Source: a virus (lineage: Duplodnaviria; Caudoviricetes). Taken from it: 26,356 nt of DNA. Below the pieces are notes generated by a model that was not told the DNA's origin, made no database searches, and saw nothing but the letters and a program-made list of their open reading frames with translations. Below are positions 15,796-25,700 of this stretch, in pieces; the stretch's first letter is position 1, and the number at the start of each line of letters is the position of its first letter. Position numbers and translations under genes: made by a program. The stretch spans positions 1 to 26,356 of the IMG/VR virus record IMGVR_UViG_3300023173_000093; one strand, given 5' to 3'.

Positions 15796-15887
15796 ATAGA
15801 ATGTGAAGGGCGTGTATATGTCAAAATAAAGCGCGACCTTTATATCAACAACACGGCGCAAGCCATAACCAACCGAGAGAGACAATG
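15790..15887 (+). repeat. Early promoter/leader module, copy 3
   Basis: TTGTGAATAGAATG..GTGTAT-17-GACCTT, GGC-GCAA-GCC, AACCGAGAGAGACAATG. Confidence 0.8.
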
Positions 15888-16187
15888 ACTATCGTAACAG
15901 AAGCAGCCAAAGAAACCACCACCACTACCGTATTAGTAGAACCCTTTGTTGATTTGCCTGATTTTGAAATGGGCGTGGTACGCAACAACATAGTCGATGA
16001 CGGAGGCATTGTATTTTTAGGCGCAAATGGACATCACGGAACCGTATTCCGCCTTACAACAAACCGCGAAAAGATAGTGATGGCGAGAATCCTCGAGTCC
16101 ATGGCTGAGGGGTTGCGCTCAGGTATCAGGATGAGCCACCGACGAGAGGCGATTAAGGCAAGCAAACTTCAGGAAGAAGCGAAGTAA
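15885..16187 (+). CDS. Hypothetical protein (100 aa)
   Basis: Follows leader module copy 3. Confidence 0.7.
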   Translation: MTIVTEAAKETTTTTVLVEPFVDLPDFEMGVVRNNIVDDGGIVFLGANGHHGTVFRLTTNREKIVMARILESMAEGLRSGIRMSHRREAIKASKLQEEAK

Positions 16188-16202
16188 GCCGTAACACAGC
16201 AC

Positions 16203-16230
16203 AGGACGCCCCGTAAGGCGTCCTTTTTTT
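16203..16230 (+). terminator. Rho-independent terminator of the early operon (also CCGUAA-loop hairpin copy 4)
   Basis: AGGACGCC-CCGTAA-GGCGTCCT followed by a T-run, at the convergence of the two operons. Confidence 0.85.
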
Positions 16231-16288
16231 ATGCGGTTAACTTATCGGGCAAAGATAGATCGTGCGGCACAGGCGATTCTACGAAGCC

Positions 16289-17149
16289 TCAGAGCGTCTC
16301 CATGGTCTGAAAGACAACCTGCTGCTTCTTGTAGTCATGTGTGAAACGCAGCCACCACCCGCCGAGCGGTTTGGGTGGAGCGCCTCGTTCGACGTGCCAA
16401 CCGCCCTGTGTGTTGTACTCCTGCTTGTAGGAAGATACACAGAGGTGGATCTGTGGACGTAGCACCAGCTTCCCGTAATCAGTAATTGCTTCCTTCACAA
16501 TCTCCATCCGCCAGCGCTCGTGGATGTGACCAGTGACAACGATGTCAGCATCCGAGTATATCTCGGCGTTGCGTTGTGAGATAAGCGTTCCGCGAGTTAC
16601 CCTTCCTCCGCCGCCCGAGCCATGATAATATCGAAGCCAGACGCTTTTCCTCTTGTGTGGCGTGGCGAAGCGAAGTTTGATATAGCCACCATAGCCGCCA
16701 ACCTGAACGTTAGATCCTGTCTCCTTGTTTAGCCGATAGGCAAAGCGAGCGAGGATGTCCGTCTGGTGATGTTTTATGATCGCGGTCTCATGGTTGCCAT
16801 ATCCGAGGACGGCGAACTGGTGGGCGTACGGTTTAAAAAAATCAACCGCCGTGTTCGGTACGTCATCGAAGTATTCTTCGCCTCGGTGGATGGGTCGCAG
16901 AGCATCCGAGGACTTGCGCCTGTCATACTTGCCCTGCATCAAACAGAAGAAGTCTCCAACGTCGATGACCGGAGCGTTGCGCTCCTTTGCCAATTCGAGA
17001 TGCTTCTTTTGCAGCGACCAGTCGGAGTGTTGGTTGTCCCAATGGCGGTCACCCGTCAGGAGTACCCACTGCTCCCAGTCTTTGTTTTCAAACTCATCGT
17101 CGAACTCTATCTGGTGTGCATCAGGTCCAAGCCGAGAGACGGTCCACAT
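16289..17149 (-). CDS. Calcineurin-like metallophosphoesterase
   Basis: 'GDRH', 'VGDFF', 'GNHE', 'YHG', 'GHIH' motifs. Confidence 0.88.
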   Translation of the reverse strand: MWTVSRLGPDAHQIEFDDEFENKDWEQWVLLTGDRHWDNQHSDWSLQKKHLELAKERNAPVIDVGDFFCLMQGKYDRRKSSDALRPIHRGEEYFDDVPNTAVDFFKPYAHQFAVLGYGNHETAIIKHHQTDILARFAYRLNKETGSNVQVGGYGGYIKLRFATPHKRKSVWLRYYHGSGGGGRVTRGTLISQRNAEIYSDADIVVTGHIHERWRMEIVKEAITDYGKLVLRPQIHLCVSSYKQEYNTQGGWHVERGAPPKPLGGWWLRFTHDYKKQQVVFQTMETL

Positions 17150-17161
17150 GGTGTCGTTGGG

Positions 17162-17719
17162 TTATTGAGGCCAAGCGTGTGATCGTATATCGTAGGCAAG
17201 CGCGGCTGCAACACCCATGTCGTGCAACTGCTGCTCTAAAGCATCCGATTCTGCCCTTACTGCTTCGATCCAATCCCACGCGACCGAGATGCTTGCCAGT
17301 TCTGCCTGCTCGTCATCGGTCAATGGGCTTGTGTTCTGCAAGGTTAAGACGCGCATCGTCATATTGCGCTGCTTCCAATCGGGGTATCTTTCCTCGATAA
17401 TCTGCTTTGCCACTCGTTTGACCTTTTCGGTGAGAAAGTCCCTGTGCAAGTTTACTTCTTCCTCTGGTCTCGGTGTCGCTGCGCCCCATTGTTGCAGGTA
17501 GTGATCGCCGTTCTTCACCGGGTCAACTTGAACGTTGATGTGGGTGTATTCGCTTTCGGGTGGTTCAGTCCTAACAAGCGGATATATGCCCAACTCAGGG
17601 TTCACGTAATCCGTCAGCACCTTTGGAAAGGATACGTGCGGAAAGGCTTTTAGAACGTTCTTTCTTGCTACGGGATAAGAAAGCGTTCCGTCTTGATTCT
17701 CAATTACAAAGATGCTCAT
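17162..17719 (-). CDS. Tail fibre assembly/chaperone-like protein
   Basis: 'AFPHVSFP', 'YPDWKQRN', 'WIEAVR..S', C-terminal WP; follows the fibre genes. Confidence 0.55.
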   Translation of the reverse strand: MSIFVIENQDGTLSYPVARKNVLKAFPHVSFPKVLTDYVNPELGIYPLVRTEPPESEYTHINVQVDPVKNGDHYLQQWGAATPRPEEEVNLHRDFLTEKVKRVAKQIIEERYPDWKQRNMTMRVLTLQNTSPLTDDEQAELASISVAWDWIEAVRAESDALEQQLHDMGVAAALAYDIRSHAWPQ

Positions 17720-17722
17720 GGC

Positions 17723-18838
17723 TTATGGGGCAAAGAGGGTGACTTGTCTTGAATCATCAAAAGCGGCGTCATTCAGAGTCGCTGCGGTGGACATGGTTGT
17801 CTTGCCCTCCCAATCAAAAACCACAAGACGGGATGATGCACTGTAGCCGCCGCCAATGACATAAATATAGTTTTCGTAAGCGTCACAACTCCTGACATCG
17901 TATGCGTAGACGTTGTAGTAGTTGATTTGGTTGGTGATGGAAGTGCCGTTGTTAGTTACGATGTTCATCTCCCTATCATCTCGCGCCATGACAGCCCATC
18001 CACTATCAGATACCCCGTCATAGTTCGGCAAGTATTGCAATCCGGTAACGCCTACTGGTCTGTCGTATAGGTCTAAATCATATGCCGATGTATACCAATC
18101 CAAACTTGTATCGCTCGCCCACTTAGTTAAGCCGAAGTAATTCCCAGCGCCACCGCCTGCCATGTATATCTCGCCATCGTTTGGGCTTACTTGGTAGTTA
18201 AAAGCGTAAGAATAGGGTTCATACCAAGCGTTGCGTTTTGCGCTATCAGACGGCTCATTTGATGCGTTTAGAGTATTAGGGTTGATGTATGAGGCTGATT
18301 TGTAATAGCAATACTCTCCGTCGTTACTTGTAGCGATAGCGATTCCCTGACTTCCGCTATCCTGTGCATGGTATCCAATGGTTGTCATATTGGTTGGGTC
18401 GCTGATGTCTATTGTTGCGACCCGTCCGTTGGAAGAATTGCTGATCCACAAGACATCTTTGGTAGGGTGTACGATAGCGTTTTGTGGCGATGTCAAGTTA
18501 GCATCGCTCCACTCGCCCAGTATTTGCGATGCGCCAAGCGTGTTAACATCAGACACATCAATAGCCACGATTTTACCAGAAGTATCGCAGCAGTATATCA
18601 CGCCATCTTTACAACTTGCTTTGCATCCATAATTGCCGAAAGCATAAGATGTTGTATAGGATGCCGTGACCGATGGGCTTGTCGGGTCTTGTATGTCTAC
18701 TATTGCAATATGACCCGATGAACTTGCGCTAAACAGGTGCGTGGGCGCGACATCGGGGTCTCCGTCCATTCTAAATACACCGCCGCTCCCGCCGCCGCCA
18801 GACGCTCTCCGAAGGGCTAACATTCCCGGTGTAAACAT
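17723..18838 (-). CDS. Beta-propeller (LVIVD-like repeats) putative receptor-binding protein
   Basis: Repeats 'IAIVDIQDPTSP', 'IVAIDVSD', 'VATIDISDPTN', 'LVVFD'; Gly linker after a short N-terminus. Confidence 0.7.
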   Translation of the reverse strand: MFTPGMLALRRASGGGGSGGVFRMDGDPDVAPTHLFSASSSGHIAIVDIQDPTSPSVTASYTTSYAFGNYGCKASCKDGVIYCCDTSGKIVAIDVSDVNTLGASQILGEWSDANLTSPQNAIVHPTKDVLWISNSSNGRVATIDISDPTNMTTIGYHAQDSGSQGIAIATSNDGEYCYYKSASYINPNTLNASNEPSDSAKRNAWYEPYSYAFNYQVSPNDGEIYMAGGGAGNYFGLTKWASDTSLDWYTSAYDLDLYDRPVGVTGLQYLPNYDGVSDSGWAVMARDDREMNIVTNNGTSITNQINYYNVYAYDVRSCDAYENYIYVIGGGYSASSRLVVFDWEGKTTMSTAATLNDAAFDDSRQVTLFAP

Positions 18839-18839
18839 C

Positions 18840-19403
18840 TTACTTACTGTCTAAAGATGAGACGATACCATGCCACGTTGTGCCACCATCGCGGGTGTAG
18901 AAGACCAGTATATCAACGCCTGCGGCTGTCAGCGTTGGTGCGGTCCCGCCTTCCCAATCTACGGCAGCAGGAAACGTGAGCGTATACGCGCCGCCGTTGG
19001 TCAACTCAAGAACGAAACTGGTAGCGTCACCTGATGCGATAGGGTTTGAGAACGTCAGCGTGAGGTTGCCGCCAATGGTTGCTGTGTGAACGTTGCCGTT
19101 CTCAAGATCGATGGTCGTGGCTGTGGTGATGCTGCCGTGAGCGTAGACCTCCATCGCGTAGTCTTTGACGAGCGGACGCGACAGCGTAGAGTCTGCCATG
19201 TTAATATCGCCCGAAAGCGATGAGCCAAGAACGGTTGCGCTCGCTGATACCGTTCCTGTGATCTTTGAACCCGGCACTTCTGCCCCGCTGCCTTTAAGCA
19301 GGTTGGCAATCTGAACGCCCTCGTCGTTGACCCCATCGGTAACGTATAGCCGATCGGTCCCGTCCGGCGCGGTGTTTTCTGCTAAGTCGTGTACTGTTGC
19401 CAT
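18840..19403 (-). CDS. Tail fibre-associated protein
   Basis: 'IDLENGNVHTATI..N.TLTFSN...W.GGTAPTLT..GVDILVF...DGGTTW.G'. Confidence 0.7.
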   Translation of the reverse strand: MATVHDLAENTAPDGTDRLYVTDGVNDEGVQIANLLKGSGAEVPGSKITGTVSASATVLGSSLSGDINMADSTLSRPLVKDYAMEVYAHGSITTATTIDLENGNVHTATIGGNLTLTFSNPIASGDATSFVLELTNGGAYTLTFPAAVDWEGGTAPTLTAAGVDILVFYTRDGGTTWHGIVSSLDSK

Positions 19404-19406
19404 CGT

Positions 19407-19997
19407 CTATCCCTTAATCGGTGTTGCAATAAGATAGGTGATCGGGTCGGGTCGAAACCACGTGGAATTAGCATCTGCGTTTTTGACGTAGTACCAAGAG
19501 AGAACCGCGTCCTGATCTGCCACAACGATCATGTCTACCCACAGAACAGGCTCGTTCGCGAAGGTGACGTTGTTCGTGCCCTTGATTGCGCCGATAAGAC
19601 CCTCGTCGCTTGATCCTGTAAAACTATCAACACGCAAGAAATCGGTGCTGCCTGATAGCGCGGCGTTGCTCTTGCAAGCCGCTACATAAGCAGTAAGACC
19701 TGCGCCCAAAGATATACCGGCATTTAAGGTATCATCCGTGGTGTCGGCGACAGGCTTTTCTACCGAGAAGCAGCCGCGCACGTAGTAGGTGTGTCCTGCG
19801 TCAAGCGATAATGTCGTGACATAATGTGCCGAAGGGTCGTTTGCTACCTCGCCACTCGTGTCAAGTTCAAACTTAAGCAGGTCCGTATCGGTGTCGGCTG
19901 TGCCTCCATCATCGCCTCGGTTAATGGTAGCGTTCAGCGATTGCCACGCAGTCCGGGCAACGGTATCGTCGGTCTGTGGGAATACGGTGGTAGCCAT
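19407..19997 (-). CDS. Minor tail protein (N-terminus paralogous to 19997-20755)
   Basis: Start MATTVFPQ at a TAATG overlap. Confidence 0.7.
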   Translation of the reverse strand: MATTVFPQTDDTVARTAWQSLNATINRGDDGGTADTDTDLLKFELDTSGEVANDPSAHYVTTLSLDAGHTYYVRGCFSVEKPVADTTDDTLNAGISLGAGLTAYVAACKSNAALSGSTDFLRVDSFTGSSDEGLIGAIKGTNNVTFANEPVLWVDMIVVADQDAVLSWYYVKNADANSTWFRPDPITYLIATPIKG

Positions 19998-20755
19998 TAC
20001 CCGAGCAGCCTCCGAGCATACAAGAATGAACCCGCCTGTATGGTGGAGTTGCTTGCATCGCTCACGTTCTGCGCCCACTCTAAGCCAACGGTCCCGCTTG
20101 TGCTTGTTGTGACTACGCTGCGGATAATGATTGCCGTGTCGCTTGTATTTTCAGGAGTACCCGCCTCGGCGAAGATTATGTTGTTGCCCTCTTGGTACGA
20201 ATAGTCAGAACTACCGAAGCCCTTCAGATCCCACTTCAGGTTGCCTGACCCGGTGCTAATCTTTAGCACAATCAGCAGCTCGTAGGTTTCGCCTGTGCCT
20301 GCGGTCCAAACAAGTGAATCATCGTCTTGCAGGGTTGTGCTTGATGCTACTGACTCGTCGGCGGTCTTGACCTTTGCCACGTTGTAATCGTTGGCGATGT
20401 CCTTCAGGTGAGATACCGCTGTGACCCCTGACCCATCTGTTGTGGCTGTTCCGAGAAAAAGCGTATCAGCAGGCTGCGTCCCGCTGGTGTTTACCGTGAA
20501 CGTGCCATCGTCATTCAGATAAACGTAATTTGTAGAACTGGCTGACAGAGCCTCTGACTGCGTACCGTCTGACACCACCTCAAAGCCGTTTACAAAACAA
20601 GTCCCGGCAGATATATCCACGTTCAGACCTGTGCCTGCTGACAGCGCGTACCCATTTAAGCGATACTCTGTGGCAACCGCGATGGTCTTGTTCGCCGAAG
20701 TCCATGCCGCCTCGGTGATCTGATCGCCTGCTTCTGGGAATACTGTGGTAGCCAT
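19997..20755 (-). CDS. Minor tail / fibre protein
   Basis: 'GTGLNVDISAGTCFVNG', 'VKTADESV.SSTTLQDDD.L'. Confidence 0.75.
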   Translation of the reverse strand: MATTVFPEAGDQITEAAWTSANKTIAVATEYRLNGYALSAGTGLNVDISAGTCFVNGFEVVSDGTQSEALSASSTNYVYLNDDGTFTVNTSGTQPADTLFLGTATTDGSGVTAVSHLKDIANDYNVAKVKTADESVASSTTLQDDDSLVWTAGTGETYELLIVLKISTGSGNLKWDLKGFGSSDYSYQEGNNIIFAEAGTPENTSDTAIIIRSVVTTSTSGTVGLEWAQNVSDASNSTIQAGSFLYARRLLG

Positions 20756-21228
20756 TATGCGTCAGCGAAGGTTATGGTCCATGTTACGTTGATGCTCTTG
20801 GTGGCATCCTTGACGATAGCCGTTGCCAAGACGGAGCGGCAGAACATCGTGCCACCGGATGCCGCGTCAAACATTCCCAACTCGGCAATCGTGTTGCCGT
20901 TGGCTTCTGCTTTAGAGAAGAATGCTTTAAAGGTGGCAACTGCACCCGTTGCGAAGTCTGTGACGATGGCGTTACGGTCGACCTCTGTGCCGAGCGCCGT
21001 GTCTGTCGTAGCCGCCGCCGTGTCATCCGTTCCGATGCCAATGTGAGACGGAAAAGTTGTCGAGTCCTGCGCCCAGACAGCAGCAATACGAGCCACGCCA
21101 TTATTCGTGACAACGTTGTTCTGCTCGTATACGGTCGTGCCTTCGTCGGTAATGACTTCAACAGTTACCCGTCCGTGTGGTCGTATGTTATCCAACATGG
21201 AATCCATCAATGTAGGTGTCTGTGCCAT
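20755..21228 (-). CDS. Minor tail / baseplate protein (start may be 21207 or 21198)
   Basis: 'NVVTNNG', 'IGIGT', 'DTALGTE', 'EANG.TIAELGMF'. Confidence 0.75.
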   Translation of the reverse strand: MAQTPTLMDSMLDNIRPHGRVTVEVITDEGTTVYEQNNVVTNNGVARIAAVWAQDSTTFPSHIGIGTDDTAAATTDTALGTEVDRNAIVTDFATGAVATFKAFFSKAEANGNTIAELGMFDAASGGTMFCRSVLATAIVKDATKSINVTWTITFADA

Positions 21229-22702
21229 TGACTGTGTAGGCTCCTGTATAAGTCGTTCCTGTTACGGTATCGGCTGCGGTTGCGTTGTCCTTCTCGCTGT
21301 TTAACAACCGAAGTACCTCATTGTCCCGCACAACGAATTTACGGTCTTGCCGGGTTTTCTGCTTCCAATAAGACCACCCGGCAACGGTCTGGGTTGCGGC
21401 GGCTGTAACGTCGAAGGATAGTTGCCCGTCATGTCGTAAAGATGCGCCGATCTTTTCAATCAAGAAGTTTGCATCGACTCCGTGTTCAGGCAGGTTGATG
21501 TATTGTGTTTGCCCTGCTGCTAAGTTTACTTGGTCGCTTGTATAGCGGCAGGTAATTCTGGGCTGTGAGTACTGCGACAGGATAGACTGCGCTTTCAATT
21601 CAGCAGCATCGGCATTGTCAACGTCCGTGGCATCTACAACAGATTGGTATATAGCGTATGTCCCAGATTCGGTCGCGCTTCTATCTAATATCTCGGAATC
21701 GTTCGAGGCAGAGACGATAATCGGGTAACGCGCCTTATAGGTTATCTTAATCTTGTCCGTTGCGGAAAGGACCGTCTGCCCAGGATCTTGCACAACTACG
21801 CTGCTGCCTGTGTTGTAGTAAAAATCAGAGACCGTACCTATCCCGTTCACGCCTACTGTTTTCGTTACATACCCGCTCCCTGTGTCCACCTCTACGGTCG
21901 GAGTGTCACCTATTTCAGCGCCAACAACAAAGGCTCTCTTGTTGCCATCTCCGAGTTGCACCTCGACAGTATCATCCTCGTCGTTGGTTGTGCCTGCCCT
22001 AACAAAAATCTGATTCCTATACGAACCCCTAACTGTAGAAAATCGAATCGACTTGTAAGGTTTGTTTGAAGCGGTAATAGAAAACGGCGCAGGAGCAGCG
22101 TCAACAGGTTGGAAGTTTAGTTTTTTGTCCTTGTCGATATTCCAGAAGTAGCCGCTGATCTCTGCCAGTTCATCAAGAGCGAGTTCAATGGTTACGTAAT
22201 TCCACGGCATATAGTCGATGTAGGCTCCATCATCAACATCCCCTTCCGTTACGCCGTAGTACCCCGAAAGACCGAGCGGTCCAGTTAATAGAGATCGGAC
22301 CCATGCCCCGGCGGTTTCGTTTGCCGTTTGATCTGTTATAATCAGCCGACCTGCAAACTCGGAGAAGTCAATGCAGCGATAGGTAAACCGAATAGTCGTA
22401 GTATCACCAACGGTTATATCATCTTCGGTGATGCTTTCAACTGTGCCACCCCAGTATATCGTCTCCTGTGCCAACTCCAAGAATCCACCGCTTGCAAGTT
22501 CGATTGGCAGATCGCCCACATAGTAAAGGGGATCGCCGCCATCGTCCCAAACAATAACATCTTCTCCCCACGCGCAGGAGGGACTGCTTCCGATCTCCTG
22601 AAAGGAAAGCGTCCCGCGTTGGGTTACGGCATCCTCGAAACGGAAGGACTCTTTGACGAAGTCAACATCCGTACCCGCTTGGTTTTTGATTGCTATTGCC
22701 AT
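21188..22702 (-). CDS. Tail tip / hub protein
   Basis: Directly after the TMP; 'LDELAEISGYFWNIDKDKKLNF', 'YRNQIFV'. Confidence 0.75.
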   Translation of the reverse strand: MAIAIKNQAGTDVDFVKESFRFEDAVTQRGTLSFQEIGSSPSCAWGEDVIVWDDGGDPLYYVGDLPIELASGGFLELAQETIYWGGTVESITEDDITVGDTTTIRFTYRCIDFSEFAGRLIITDQTANETAGAWVRSLLTGPLGLSGYYGVTEGDVDDGAYIDYMPWNYVTIELALDELAEISGYFWNIDKDKKLNFQPVDAAPAPFSITASNKPYKSIRFSTVRGSYRNQIFVRAGTTNDEDDTVEVQLGDGNKRAFVVGAEIGDTPTVEVDTGSGYVTKTVGVNGIGTVSDFYYNTGSSVVVQDPGQTVLSATDKIKITYKARYPIIVSASNDSEILDRSATESGTYAIYQSVVDATDVDNADAAELKAQSILSQYSQPRITCRYTSDQVNLAAGQTQYINLPEHGVDANFLIEKIGASLRHDGQLSFDVTAAATQTVAGWSYWKQKTRQDRKFVVRDNEVLRLLNSEKDNATAADTVTGTTYTGAYTVNGTDTYIDGFHVG

Positions 22703-25700
22703 CAGCGGTTCGTCCCGTAAATCTCCAGTTCCTGCGACCAGTACGGCATCGTTGCGGTGGCGATGGTCTGACCGTCAAGGTTGATGTTGATCGTCTGCTG
22801 TGTATCGCTGCCGCCCATGTTTACCCCCATCCCTGCTGCGCCGTATGCGCCGAGCGTAGCAAGCATATCAGGACCAAACATATTTATACCTGCAAAGTTA
22901 GGTGAGCCGCCTGCAAGATTGCCTACCAAATTGCCAAACATATCAACGGCTGAACCCGGTCTGTCGGGACCACCAAAACCACCGACACCAGTCTCGCCGT
23001 CAGGATCAACACCCCTGCCAAGTTGATTGGCTCGCATCCTTGCAACCTCGTCTCTGATTTCTTGGATGCGATCAGATACGCCAAAGAACTCAAACATCTG
23101 CATTTCTGCCTGAAGCGTAGTCATGCCGAACTCAGCAGCAATATCCTCTGCGAAGTTGTTCAGCAGTCCAAAGATTGCAGAGTTAAATCCTGAGCCAGCA
23201 TCTGCAACGTCCATCCCCGACGCGAGGATTTGTATGCCTTCAAAAGCATCAGTAACAGTCCGCATAAGGTCCGAAGCATCCAACCCGAGAACAGCCAATA
23301 GATCCTCTGTCGTAGCAATACCAGAGGTCAGGATTGGTGTCATCAGCGCCTGTATTGCCTTCTTGTCCACGCTCGACAAGTTGCTAAGGTCAACGCCGAG
23401 AGCGGTAACATCCGATACGAACCTATCCAAGCGAGCCGCTTTTTTCTTCTCCTTGCTCGCTCTCCCGAAGATGTTTTTAATACCGTCACCGATTCCCTTG
23501 ATGACGTTTTTCACACCCTTTAGAACATCGCTCGCATCAATACCAAACGCCTTGAGCGCCAACCCTGCTGCACCAATACCCGGCAACCATTTCCCAAGAC
23601 CTCCTGCAATCTTGCCAACAAGACCGTCAGAGTTGCTAAGTTTGCCGATGAAGTCAGAGAAGCCATTTTTCTTGTCAGAAAAAATGCTGAAAATATTGTC
23701 TCCGAGTTCCATCGACAGGTGAACAAGCGATTTAAAACCACCCTTCAATCCCTCAATGAAGTCTTTGTAAGTCGATGGTTTTAATAGGTCTATTAGGTTG
23801 TTGAACCCGTCCGTAAAAAGAGTCAGGTCGGCAGAAGCAACTGACAGCCAACTAAACGCGCGATACACCCTCGACTTGTCATCGATGCCAAGCCTGTCGA
23901 TAGCCTTAAACACGGTATCAAACTTCCGAGCCAACTCGTCTGCCTCATCCCCTACAAGTTCGAGATTGCCTTGCACGTTTTGCAACGCAAAGGCGAAGTC
24001 GTTAATCACTCGAGGTGCAAACTTATGTGGAAGCCCGAGGTCCATCTCTCTTGACAGCAAGCCGACTTTTTCAAGACCCTCTGCTACCTTTTCTGAAGCC
24101 TTTGTAACTGAATCCTCATCATCAACAAGCGCGTCATTAGCCCCGGTCTTGAACTGATTAAGAAACCCAAGAGCCTGGTCCTTGAAGTCCTTAACAAGAT
24201 CAGGAGCAGCATCAAAAATGCCCTTCATCATTGTCTCAAACTCACCCGCACCAAAGTTTTCGTCTAACTTTTCGCCGCCTGCCCGGATTTGTAGCAGCGC
24301 TTCTGTTTTGAACCCGCGGATCGTTGTCTTGCTTGAGTCAAGCGCACTCTGAATAATGCTCGCAAACTCCTGCGAGCCAAACATTTCATCCAGTTTTTCT
24401 TCTCCAACCAACAAACCGCCAACGCCAAGAACGCTTTTTCTGAACTCCTCGATGTCCGTTGTCGAGGCTTCCAATGCGTATTTGATAATGCTCTCGAAAC
24501 CCTGAATGTCAAACTTTGCCAAGAACTCGTCGGCGGTTGTGGCTGACTTGTTCAGGAATGATGTCTTGAAGTCCTCAACAATCTGGTCTACTCCTCTCAA
24601 GGAGTTCGCCATCCCTTCTTTTATAAGATCCGCTGCACCAACAACGTCCTTGTTTAGAAGGGCAATAAGAGCCCGCACTAAAAGGTTCAGGTTCTGAAAG
24701 CCTACCTCTGTGATTGACAACACCGTCCTTATGATGAAGCCCATCGTAGAAACGATGTCATCGCCCCACCTTGCCCAGACAAACTTGATGCCATCCAGAA
24801 CCTTGCTGATGATAGTGCCAATCAATTCCATAGCACTACCAAGAAAATCGCCTATTGCGCCAAATATCGTGACCAATCTGGTGGTAATAACCTGCCCGTT
24901 ATCGTCCCACCACGTAGCAATAGTGCCAAAGATTGCCGCCCCAATATCGACTACCGACTCCACCCACTCGCCAACCTTAGTAAAAAGATCCTGAACCGCG
25001 TTCTTCATAACGGCGATTACCGGAGCAGTACGCTCTTTGATCTCCGTATAAAGGTTGGTCAATGATGCCTTGACAGCATCGGCGTTTCTATGCAAACCAA
25101 TCAGGATCGCAGCAATAGCAGCGATGCCCGCCACGTAGGGATTAAACATTCCCATTGTCAGCGTAACGGCTCGCATAATAGCAGAGAATCCCGAAGCCAT
25201 GCCGCCAAGCGTGAGCACCAACGGTCCCGCCGCCGCCGCTATTCCTGCGATTGCTATGCCAAGCCTTTGTGCGCCGGGGGATAGGTTGCTTACGATGTCA
25301 ACCATTCGGTCGAATCGCTGAACCAATGAGGTGGCATAGGGGAGAAGAATCTCGCCTATCTGTACGCCCAAATCTCTGACACTGTCACGCAGTCCTCGCA
25401 GTTGATTAGCAAACGAGTCCGCTGTTCTGGTGGCATCTCCTTGTGCATCTGTTGTGCCTGCCAACAGCAGGTTCATCCTTGCCTGTGCTTTTGCCTGCTC
25501 TTTCTGCGAACCAGTTAGTCTGTCCGCACCCATCCTCATCAACTCTTGCTTCAGGGTATTTTCGTTTATGATAACCCCAAACTCCGCAGCGTTCTCGTGC
25601 GCCCCAATAAGCGTACCGCGTAGCCGACGAACAGCCTCGTCCATCGGCATATTGTTAAAGGATGAAAGATCCACCGCTAACTTTGTTAGCGTTACGGACA

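Noticed and set aside
11254-16230. CRISPR array or diversity-generating retroelement explaining the repeats
   Set aside because: Repeats are dispersed and gene-associated with no regular spacers; no cas or reverse transcriptase gene.
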